This document shows, piece by piece, positions 1-7,509 of a stretch of 24,000 bases of DNA. The translations under genes and the position numbers were made by a program. The notes under the pieces were generated by a model. The model saw only the letters and a program-made list of their open reading frames with translations. It did no database searches and was not told the origin of the DNA. Origin of the DNA: Akkermansiaceae bacterium (GTDB lineage Bacteria > Verrucomicrobiota > Verrucomicrobiia > Verrucomicrobiales > Akkermansiaceae); NCBI GenBank assembly GCA_013041925.1, contig JABDRB010000033.1, positions 38,148 to 62,147 on the forward strand, written 5' to 3'. Numbering within the stretch: the first letter of the stretch is position 1; every line of letters begins with the position of its first letter.

Positions 1-462
1 CAAGGACATGGCAATACCGAGGTAGCCGGTGATCAGTCCGGCGATGGCCATGCCTTTTCCTGAGACGGGGGTCGGGCTGTTTTTTATTTTTTTGAGCGAC
101 ATATGACCGCAGATGACGGCGGGTAGGCCGAAGAGTCCGCCGAGCCAACAGGTCATCACCGCCAGGATACCACAAACAAGGCTGGCAATGGAGAGCCCGT
201 CCGTCGGGATGATTCCTTGGTAGGGTGGTTGCCCCGAATAGGTCTGTGGTGAGGCGTAAGGGGTGGCGTCACTTTTCGGGCTGCCCGCGCCCGCAGTGGG
301 CTGGAACTCGGGCACGTCGCTCAGCGGTAACCAGTCGGTCATGCCATCGCGCCAGATGATGGTGGTGGGCTCGATCCTGCCGGTCGCGATGAGGTTGCGG
401 ATTTCCAAATCGGAAACGGGGCCGTGTTGGGTGTTGTCTTTGCCGTAGAACCAGTCTGCCAT
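1..462 (-). CDS. GYF_2 (DUF4339) + DUF4190 membrane protein; N-terminal 154 codons only, C-terminus runs off the left edge
   Basis: Absent from the ORF track because no stop codon lies in the window. My translation of the reverse strand from the ATG (complement of 460-462) reads MADWFYGKDNTQHGPVSDLEIRNLIATGRIEPTTIIWRDGMTDWLPLSDVPEF, which is GYF_2-like. A P/Q/Y-rich linker follows, then hydrophobic GLSIASLVCGILAVMTCWLGGLFGLPAVICGH...GKGMAIAGLITGYLGIAMSL, which is DUF4190-like. The frame stays open through position 1. Confidence 0.75.
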   Translation of the reverse strand, partial: MADWFYGKDNTQHGPVSDLEIRNLIATGRIEPTTIIWRDGMTDWLPLSDVPEFQPTAGAGSPKSDATPYASPQTYSGQPPYQGIIPTDGLSIASLVCGILAVMTCWLGGLFGLPAVICGHMSLKKIKNSPTPVSGKGMAIAGLITGYLGIAMSL

Positions 463-593
463 GATGGGGTGAGCATCATCGAGATCGAGCGATGGTGCAA
501 TAGCGAATTTCCCCTCGGGGAGGTGGATTTCATGCTGGGGTGTGCAAATTTTGGGGTTGCCCAAGTGTCGTGGGCGATACTTACTGGCGAGGT

Positions 594-2468
594 ATGACGA
601 CACTGGCTATCGCTCTTGGGGCATTCATTCTTTATATTCTGGCATACAACACATATGGCAAGTGGTTGGGGCAGAAGATTTTCAAGCTGGATGCCACGGC
701 CAAGGTGCCATCGATTGAGCTTCAGGATGGCAACGATTATGTGCCGACGAGTAAGGGGGTTGTTTTTGGGCACCATTTCACATCGATTGCGGGGACGGGT
801 CCGATTGTCGGTCCGGCCTTGGCGGTGATGTGGGGGTGGGTGCCGGCCTTGCTTTGGGTGTTATTGGGTTCGATTTTTATCGGGGCCGTGCATGATTTTG
901 GGGCGCTGATTGTATCGATGCGCAACAAGGGTCAGACTGTCGGCGATATCGCCGGGCGGGTGATTTCGCCGCGGGTGCGCGTGTTGTTTCTGCTGATTCT
1001 TTTTATGGCGTTGACCATTGTGTTGGCGATTTTTGGTTTGGTGATTGCGGCCGTTTTTAAAGCTTACCCGCAGTCGATAGCCCCCTGTTTATTTCAGATT
1101 CCCTTGGCGGTGGTGATTGGGTTGCTGATTCATCGGAAGGGCGGCAATATCATGTGGGCCTCAGTGGTGTCTCTGGTGGTGATGTATCTTTCGGTTCTCT
1201 ACGGTGACGTCGGCTGGCTCGCACAGATGAATAGCTACCTCAAAGACTGGGACCTGATGACCTGGGTGAGTGTGTTGCTAGTCTATTCCTACGTAGCCTC
1301 CGTGCTGCCGGTTTGGACGCTTTTGCAGCCGCGCGATTATATCAACTCACTGCAGCTACTCAGTGCGCTTGGTTTGATTGTGGTGGGGCTCGTTGTGGCG
1401 GGTCTGTTTGGTGGTGCTGCCGTTGACGGTGCGCGCCCGGCGCTTGAGATTGCGGCGCCGAAGTTGGAGACGTCACTGGAGGCGAAGCAGATACCGATGA
1501 TTTTCCCCTTTCTATTTATCACGATCGCCTGCGGTGCGATCTCGGGTTTTCACTGTCTGGTGTCATCGGGCACGTCATCCAAGCAGCTGCGTTGCGAGAC
1601 GGACGCCCGATTTGTCGGGTATGGATCCATGTTAACCGAGGGTTTTCTTGCAGTGTTGGTGATCCTTGCCTGTGTCGCGGGGCTCGGTTTGGGGATTGGG
1701 GATGGGTCGGGAGGAGTTTTGCTTGGCTCCGATGCCTGGGATGCACGTTACACGGGCTGGACGACGATGAGTGGATTGGGGGCCAAAGTGGGTGCCTTTG
1801 TCGATGGCTCAGCGAACTTTTTGAAGGCCCTTGGGATTTCCGGTGGCTTTGCGACCGCTTTGATGGGGGTGTTTGTGGCATCATTTGCCGCGACAACACT
1901 CGATACGGCCTGCCGGCTCCAGCGGTATGTGGTGCAGGAACTTGCGGCATGCTTGGTTAGGCGCGAGCCCGATGAGCATTCGGATGGCTCAAGCGTGAGC
2001 GCCATTTCCCTGAATGGCAACCCGCTGACGTGGTTGGTGAATAAACATGGCGCCACCATTTTTGCCATCGCGGTGGCGTGGTGGATGGCGTCTCTGCCGT
2101 CCGCTGTCGATAAACCACCCGGGACCGGGGGATTGATCCTCTGGCCACTTTTCGGAGCCATCAACCAGCTGCTGGGCGGTCTCGCATTTCTCGTGATCAT
2201 TTTCTGGATGCGCCGCCAGCGCATGACGCTTTGGTTTGTCGTTGTGCCGGCTTTCTTTATGTTGATCCTGCCTGCTTGGGCGATGGCCTACCAGATGTTT
2301 GGGCAGGCGATTGGTTCGACCCAGAGTTGGCTCGAGCAAGGTCGCTGGCTGTTGGTCGGCATAGGCGCAATCTCTATCATTCTGGAAGGCTGGATGGTGA
2401 TCGAGGCGATTGTGGCATGGAAGGCGCTGGGAAAGCTCCCGGGTGGAGCTGAAAGGAATGAGGGATGA
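594..2468 (+). CDS. cstA: Carbon starvation protein A family transporter (CstA/BtsT-type peptide/pyruvate permease)
   Basis: The track ORF is 540..2468. Polytopic membrane protein with the CstA N-terminal signature YGKWLG...DYVPT...VFGHHFTSIAGTGPIVGPALAVMWGWVPALLWVLLGSIFIGAVHDFGALIVSMRNKG. I prefer the ATG at 594 (MTTLAIALGAF...) over the GTG at 540, because CstA homologues begin just before the first TM helix. Confidence 0.9.
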   Translation: MTTLAIALGAFILYILAYNTYGKWLGQKIFKLDATAKVPSIELQDGNDYVPTSKGVVFGHHFTSIAGTGPIVGPALAVMWGWVPALLWVLLGSIFIGAVHDFGALIVSMRNKGQTVGDIAGRVISPRVRVLFLLILFMALTIVLAIFGLVIAAVFKAYPQSIAPCLFQIPLAVVIGLLIHRKGGNIMWASVVSLVVMYLSVLYGDVGWLAQMNSYLKDWDLMTWVSVLLVYSYVASVLPVWTLLQPRDYINSLQLLSALGLIVVGLVVAGLFGGAAVDGARPALEIAAPKLETSLEAKQIPMIFPFLFITIACGAISGFHCLVSSGTSSKQLRCETDARFVGYGSMLTEGFLAVLVILACVAGLGLGIGDGSGGVLLGSDAWDARYTGWTTMSGLGAKVGAFVDGSANFLKALGISGGFATALMGVFVASFAATTLDTACRLQRYVVQELAACLVRREPDEHSDGSSVSAISLNGNPLTWLVNKHGATIFAIAVAWWMASLPSAVDKPPGTGGLILWPLFGAINQLLGGLAFLVIIFWMRRQRMTLWFVVVPAFFMLILPAWAMAYQMFGQAIGSTQSWLEQGRWLLVGIGAISIILEGWMVIEAIVAWKALGKLPGGAERNEG

Positions 2469-2471
2469 CCC

Positions 2472-4238
2472 ATGCAGGCGGCGGCACACACAAATTCAAT
2501 GAAAGCAAGAATGATAGCCAGCTGGGTGGGTTTCGCGTTGGCCATGAGCGTGACCTGCTTGGATGCGGCACCCGTGCATTTGGTTGATCAGCCGGTGGTG
2601 AGTCACCAACGCCTCGATGATGGCGTGATCTTGCTGGACTTCGGCACGGTGGCATTTGGGAACCTCAAGGTGGATGTTCCCAAGTCGGTATCGGGTGGGC
2701 TTAAGTTTCATTTTGGAGAAGCCCAAAACGACGGTAGGGTCGATCGTAAGCCGCCGGGGACGGTCCGATACAAATTGGCGGAGGTAAAATGGACAGGTGG
2801 GGAGGATGCCATCGTCGCTCCACCGGCTGATTGGCGTAATACTCGGCATCCTAGTGCGGTGTTGACGCCAAAAGATTGGGGGGTGATTCTGCCATTTCGC
2901 TGGGTCGAGGTCGAAGGCTGGAAAGGTGAATTTGATCCCAGACGGATCGTGCGCCGATCCAGTTATCTTAAGGCCTGGGATGATACGGCGGCGGATTTTG
3001 AGTGTTCAGACGAGACCCTCAACCGCATCTGGAACCTGTGCAAATACTCAATCAAGGCGACGACGTTTGCTGGCGTCTACGTTGATGGCGATCGTGAGCG
3101 CATTCCCTATGAGGCGGATGCTTACCTCAACCAATTGAGTCACTATTATACGGATACGGACAAGCAGATCGCGAGGGATACCTATGATGGCTTAATGGAG
3201 AAACCGACGTGGCCGACAGAATGGGCACCCCACATGGTGTTTATGGCGCATGCGGATTGGATGTATACCGGTGGTGTGGAGTGGATCAAACCGCGTTACG
3301 AAGCTCTCAAAACGAAGTTGTTGATTGACCGTGTTGGTAAAGACGGCTGGGTGGTCAGCAACATGAGCCAGCAAGGCAAGGGGCACCGTAAGGGGCAGCG
3401 CGATATCGTTGATTGGCCCAAGACCGAGCGCGATGGTTACCAATTTCAAGAGGTCAACACGGTGGTTAACGCCTTCCACTTAGAGGCCGTCAGGATGATG
3501 GCGGATCTTGCTGCGGCGCTGGGTAAGACGGATGATGCCAAGGCGTATTACAAACGTCACAGTGCGGGTGTGAAGCGCTTTCATCAGGCGTTATGGATGC
3601 CCGAAAAAGGAGCGTATCGCGATGGCATCGGCTCGGATCACACAGCCGCTCATGCGACTTTTTTCCCGTTGGCCTTGGGTTTGGTTCCGGAGGGCTGCCG
3701 CGATGCAGCGGTGAAGTTTCTCAAAACCAAAGACATGGCGTGCTCGGTGTATGCGGCCCAGTATTTGATGGAGGGGTTGTTTGAGAATGGGGCTGCCGAT
3801 TATGCCTTGGAATTGATTGTCGCTAAGGGTGACCGCAGTTGGCGCCACATGGTGGAAAGCGGCACGACCATCACCTGGGAGGCGTGGGATCAAAAATACA
3901 AGCCGAACCAAGATTGGAATCATGCTTGGGGTGCGGCGCCAGGGAATTTACTGCCGCGATACGTGTTGGGTGTCGAGCCTACCGCGCCGGGCTGGAAGAC
4001 GTTGAGTATTGCGCCGCGGCTTGGTGACCTGACCCGGGCCAGCGGCAAGGTCCCTACACCCCATGGCTCGGTCTTTGTTTCTTGGACGCGGAAGGGTGAC
4101 CTTTTTAATATCAGTATGGTCATCCCCAAGGAGTGCACGGCTCAGTTTTCACTTCCTGATCAAGCTGCGTCAGCCATCAAGCATCTGCGGCCGGGGAAAC
4201 ACACGCTGCAAGTCCAATTAAAGTCATCGGTCCATTGA
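2472..4238 (+). CDS. Exported six-hairpin glycosidase, GH78-like (alpha-L-rhamnosidase family), short form
   Basis: Signal-peptide-like N-terminus (MKARMIASWVGFALAMSVTCLDAAP). FECSDETLNRIWNLCKYSIKATTF...VYVDGDRERIPYEADAY resembles the GH78 D-x-x-R-E-R-x-x-W/Y-x-G/A-D-A core. The C-terminal TITWEAWD...NHAWGAAPGNLLPRYVLGVEPTAPGWKTLSIAPRLGDL...G.VPTPHG is typical of rhamnosidase 6-hairpin plus C-terminal beta-sandwich. The start could also be the ATG at 2499. Confidence 0.6.
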   Translation: MQAAAHTNSMKARMIASWVGFALAMSVTCLDAAPVHLVDQPVVSHQRLDDGVILLDFGTVAFGNLKVDVPKSVSGGLKFHFGEAQNDGRVDRKPPGTVRYKLAEVKWTGGEDAIVAPPADWRNTRHPSAVLTPKDWGVILPFRWVEVEGWKGEFDPRRIVRRSSYLKAWDDTAADFECSDETLNRIWNLCKYSIKATTFAGVYVDGDRERIPYEADAYLNQLSHYYTDTDKQIARDTYDGLMEKPTWPTEWAPHMVFMAHADWMYTGGVEWIKPRYEALKTKLLIDRVGKDGWVVSNMSQQGKGHRKGQRDIVDWPKTERDGYQFQEVNTVVNAFHLEAVRMMADLAAALGKTDDAKAYYKRHSAGVKRFHQALWMPEKGAYRDGIGSDHTAAHATFFPLALGLVPEGCRDAAVKFLKTKDMACSVYAAQYLMEGLFENGAADYALELIVAKGDRSWRHMVESGTTITWEAWDQKYKPNQDWNHAWGAAPGNLLPRYVLGVEPTAPGWKTLSIAPRLGDLTRASGKVPTPHGSVFVSWTRKGDLFNISMVIPKECTAQFSLPDQAASAIKHLRPGKHTLQVQLKSSVH

Positions 4239-4365
4239 CTCCCCCAAGACCTCGTAGCTTCTGACGTGTTATCTTCCTCAGCGTCATGGGTTGAGCATAC
4301 AAAGAACGGATAGCGCGGAAAATTGTATGGTTTAATGACGTAGTATCTGTTAACGAACCCCATCT

Positions 4366-5547
4366 ATGAAACCCGTATTTACTCATGTTGCCCGTCTTTT
4401 TGGCCTTTTGGTGATGGCCTCCCTCTCGACTCATCTCCACGCCAAGCCGCTCAAGGTTTATATTCTCTGTGGCCAGTCGAATATGGAGGGTCACGCTCAA
4501 ACCAAAACCTTTCCGGCTGTGGCCAAAGATCCCAAGACCAAGGGGCTTTACGATCAAATGGTCGATGCAGATGGTAAACCCGTGACGCTGGACGATGTCT
4601 GGATTGCCTATTCCTTCGGAAACTTTACGGGTGATCCCGTCGGTAAACGGTCAGGCAAACTGACGGCAGGCTATGGCAGCCAGCACCACATCGGCACTGG
4701 CAAGATCGGTCCTGAATTTACTTTTGGCATCACGATGCATGAACTCCAGGGCGAACCGATTTTGTTGATCAAGGACGCATGGGGCGGCAAGAGCCTGATG
4801 GTCGATTTCCGTCCGCCCAGCGCTGGCAAACTTGGCGATGAGAAGCAGCAAGAGAAGGCAGGTCGCTACTACCGCTTATTGATCGAGCACGTGAAAGAAG
4901 TTCTTGCCAATCCCAAGGCCATCTACCCAGATTACAATGCCAAAGAGGGCTACGAGTTGGCGGGTTTTGTCTGGTTCCAAGGTTTTAATGACATGGTCGG
5001 CCCCTACCCGAAAATGCAGTCAGAGAAGAGCAAGAAGGGCGGCAAAGATTATTCTGAATACAGTCGCTTGATGGCTTGTTTCATCCGCGATGTGCGCAAG
5101 GAACTTAAGGCACCCCAATTGCCCTTTGTGATCGGTGCGCTAGGGTGCGGCGGTGAATCGGCAACGGATAGCGCCATCGCATTCCGCAATGCCATGGCCG
5201 CCCCAGCAGAGAAGGAAGAATTTAAGGGCAATGTTGCTGCGGTCTTTACCCACCATTATTGGCCAAATGAGCTCGACGCCGTCACCGCCAAGGCCAATGG
5301 CGTGAAGAAGCGCTTTCACCCTCGCTCCAAGGGGCTCAAAAAGTTGCAGGGGGACGAACGCAAGCAGGCCCAAATGCAGTTGAATAAAGACATGGCGGCA
5401 GCCATGGACAAGGCATTGACCGATGACGACAAGTGGCTTCTTGATAATGGTATTTCCAATCGCAGTTTCCACTACCATGGCTCCGCCAAGTTCTTCGCTC
5501 AAATTGGTAAAGCCTTTGCCGAGACGCTGGTAAAAATGGAGAAGTAA
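4366..5547 (+). CDS. Exported SASA/DUF303-type carbohydrate acetylesterase (sialate O-acetylesterase-like SGNH hydrolase)
   Basis: Signal peptide MKPVFTHVARLFGLLVMASLSTHLHA. Nucleophile block VYILCGQSNMEGHA (GQSNM-x-G). FVWFQGFND matches the W-x-QGE-x-D-like block. The C-terminal FHYHGSAKFFAQIGKAFA is the usual His-containing block. Confidence 0.7.
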   Translation: MKPVFTHVARLFGLLVMASLSTHLHAKPLKVYILCGQSNMEGHAQTKTFPAVAKDPKTKGLYDQMVDADGKPVTLDDVWIAYSFGNFTGDPVGKRSGKLTAGYGSQHHIGTGKIGPEFTFGITMHELQGEPILLIKDAWGGKSLMVDFRPPSAGKLGDEKQQEKAGRYYRLLIEHVKEVLANPKAIYPDYNAKEGYELAGFVWFQGFNDMVGPYPKMQSEKSKKGGKDYSEYSRLMACFIRDVRKELKAPQLPFVIGALGCGGESATDSAIAFRNAMAAPAEKEEFKGNVAAVFTHHYWPNELDAVTAKANGVKKRFHPRSKGLKKLQGDERKQAQMQLNKDMAAAMDKALTDDDKWLLDNGISNRSFHYHGSAKFFAQIGKAFAETLVKMEK

Positions 5548-5716
5548 GTGATCGCTGGATGTCCTAAGTCGGCGGCAGCATCAGGTCGCCGTTACACCTG
5601 GCCACAGCCTTTCCTCTGCGGGTCCTGTTCTTTTTCCCTCGATGGGGGATTTTTTCCTCGATTCGTAGGGAGTTTGGTCTAGACATGGTGGGTGATCTGA
5701 GTAAGCTTTACGCCCC

Positions 5717-6433
5717 ATGCGCGTTCTATTATTGAGCCTCCTCATACTGGGTTGCTCAGGTCTTTCTGAGTTCGCACCCGTGGCTGATGCTGCACCCTCA
5801 TCGGGCAATCAGTATCACGTTATTCTGTGCGGTGGTCCGGCCTTGAGGAAGTGGGAAAATTTGCGGATTGAGAGAGACCAGCACGACCGCTGGTGGGCGA
5901 ATTTTGTGCGTGCCTCGACGTTGCGGATGGTTGAGATCCGGCGGGCGTATGGGAAAACGGCCAACATCACATGGATTGTTTATCGTCCGGCGTATGCCGC
6001 CCGCGGTCGCGAGGACGGGAAACCCTACACCACGTGGATGACCGAGCTTGCCGCGAAAAGAAAGGTCAGCTTGGTCTGGGTGTCCGACGGCGCTGGCGCC
6101 ATCAATGCGATCAACCGCCATCCAGCCCGTTCGATCATCAATTTCGACTTTTTTGGGCACTCGAACAAGTATTGCTTTTTACTCGATTACAGTGGCGAGA
6201 TCATAGGTGCGAGTAAGGCGTGGATCCACCAGAACGATCTCACTCGGATTCGCCGCAGCGTTTTTTCCCGCAATGCCCATTGCCAAAGCTGGGGTTGCCA
6301 TACAGGCGAAAGTATGAGTGCCTACTGGAAACGAGCCACCGGTCAGACCATGATCGGGGCAAGAGGAAAAACCAACTACGAGCCACTGAGCCAAGGGCGT
6401 ATGCCTTCGGTTTCGGGGAGCTGGGTGCGCTAG
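5717..6433 (+). CDS. Hypothetical exported protein / putative lipoprotein, function unknown
   Basis: 238-aa ORF with the N-terminus MRVLLLSLLILGCSGL (hydrophobic core followed by Cys, lipobox-like). The alternating predicted beta/alpha pattern (YHVILCGG, ITWIVYRP, SLVWVSDG, IINFDFFGHSNKY, CQSWGCHTGES) suggests an alpha/beta fold. I recognise no family. Confidence 0.55.
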   Translation: MRVLLLSLLILGCSGLSEFAPVADAAPSSGNQYHVILCGGPALRKWENLRIERDQHDRWWANFVRASTLRMVEIRRAYGKTANITWIVYRPAYAARGREDGKPYTTWMTELAAKRKVSLVWVSDGAGAINAINRHPARSIINFDFFGHSNKYCFLLDYSGEIIGASKAWIHQNDLTRIRRSVFSRNAHCQSWGCHTGESMSAYWKRATGQTMIGARGKTNYEPLSQGRMPSVSGSWVR

Positions 6434-6470
6434 GCACCCGCCATAATGACTGATATCACCAACACAAATC

Positions 6471-7466
6471 ATGAAATACGACGAACTTAAACGCATCTAT
6501 GACCTTCCCTTTTTTGAGCTGTTCCAAAAAGCTCGCGAAGTCCACGTGGCCAACTGGTCGGCGGACGAAATTCAACTTTGCACGCTGCTCTCGATCAAGA
6601 CCGGCGGCTGCTCGGAGGATTGTTCGTATTGCTCGCAATCGTCCCGCCACCAATCAGAGATTCAACGTGAACCGCTGATGGAGCTCGACGCCGTAATGCA
6701 GCGGGCCACGGCCGCGCGGGACAGTGGTGCCACGCGATTTTGCATGGGCGCTGCGTGGAAGGGCGTGCAGACAGGGACTCGGCAGTTTAATGAGGTGCTT
6801 GAGATCGTGCGCAATGTGGCCAAGCTTAATATGGAAGTCTGCGTCACCCTCGGTGAGCTCGGACCTGATGAAGCGAAGCAGCTGAAAGATGCCGGAGTCA
6901 CGGCGTATAATCACAATCTGGATACCTCCCGCGAGCACTATCCGAATATTGTGACGTCGCACACATATGACGACCGACTGAAAACCATTCGTCACGCGCA
7001 GGATGCCGGGATGAGCGTGTGTTGTGGGGGTATTTTGGGATTGGGGGAAACGGTGGAAGATCGCTTGAAAATGATCGAGGTGATTTCCGAGTTCAACCCG
7101 CAGCCAGAAAGTGTGCCGATCAACTCCTTGATGCCCATGCCGGGAACGCCACTCGCCGAGGCTCACTCGGTGGATATCTTTGATGTGGTCAAAATGGTCG
7201 CCGTGGCACGCATTGCCTGCCCAAAGGCGAAGGTGCGCCTGTCCGCTGGCCGCAGCCAGATGAGTGAAGAAGGCCAGACGATGTGCTTCTTCGCCGGTGC
7301 TAACTCGATTTTTTATGGAGAGAAATTGCTCACCACTGAGAACTCCGCGATTCAAAGAGACTTGAGCTTGATCAGTAAACTGGAAATCAACCCATTGAAG
7401 CCGAACCCAGAAATGAATTCTCCCGAGGTTGAGTGTGATAAGGAGCTCGCTCCCTGTTGCCAATAA
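6471..7466 (+). CDS. bioB: Biotin synthase (radical SAM)
   Basis: Radical-SAM CSEDCSYCSQS (CxxxCxxC). Counterparts of the E. coli auxiliary-cluster ligands are present: RFCMGAAW, MEVCVTLG, MSVCCGGILGLGE, VRLSAGRSQM. The YNHNLDTS block is present. Length is 331 aa. Confidence 0.95.
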   Translation: MKYDELKRIYDLPFFELFQKAREVHVANWSADEIQLCTLLSIKTGGCSEDCSYCSQSSRHQSEIQREPLMELDAVMQRATAARDSGATRFCMGAAWKGVQTGTRQFNEVLEIVRNVAKLNMEVCVTLGELGPDEAKQLKDAGVTAYNHNLDTSREHYPNIVTSHTYDDRLKTIRHAQDAGMSVCCGGILGLGETVEDRLKMIEVISEFNPQPESVPINSLMPMPGTPLAEAHSVDIFDVVKMVAVARIACPKAKVRLSAGRSQMSEEGQTMCFFAGANSIFYGEKLLTTENSAIQRDLSLISKLEINPLKPNPEMNSPEVECDKELAPCCQ

Positions 7467-7509
7467 ATCAACCGACTCAGAGGCCGACCGCATAACGAGA
7501 CCTGTAGCC

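Noticed and set aside
511-520. CCCCTCGGGG quasi-palindrome in the divergent region between the GYF_2 gene and cstA
   Set aside because: It is not a true palindrome, and as a hairpin it gives only 3-4 bp. There is no repeat of it elsewhere in the window.
540-593. GTG start at 540 for cstA
   Set aside because: It adds 18 non-conserved, Cys/Trp-rich residues before the first TM helix. The ATG at 594 gives a typical CstA N-terminus.
263-928. Track ORFs 263..448(+), 339..776(-), 616..828(+), 737..928(-)
   Set aside because: They overlap the GYF_2/DUF4190 gene (minus, 1-462) or cstA (plus, from 594) in other frames. None has a recognisable motif.
1337-2655. Numerous 60-166-aa ORFs inside or antisense to cstA and the start of the GH78-like gene
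   Set aside because: These are alternative-frame or antisense products of confidently assigned genes.
7429-7509. Upstream start for the ketoacyl synthase, overlapping bioB by 38 nt
   Set aside because: The 27 extra residues are not KAS-like. The MNVAITGIG start at 7510 matches the family N-terminus and removes the overlap.
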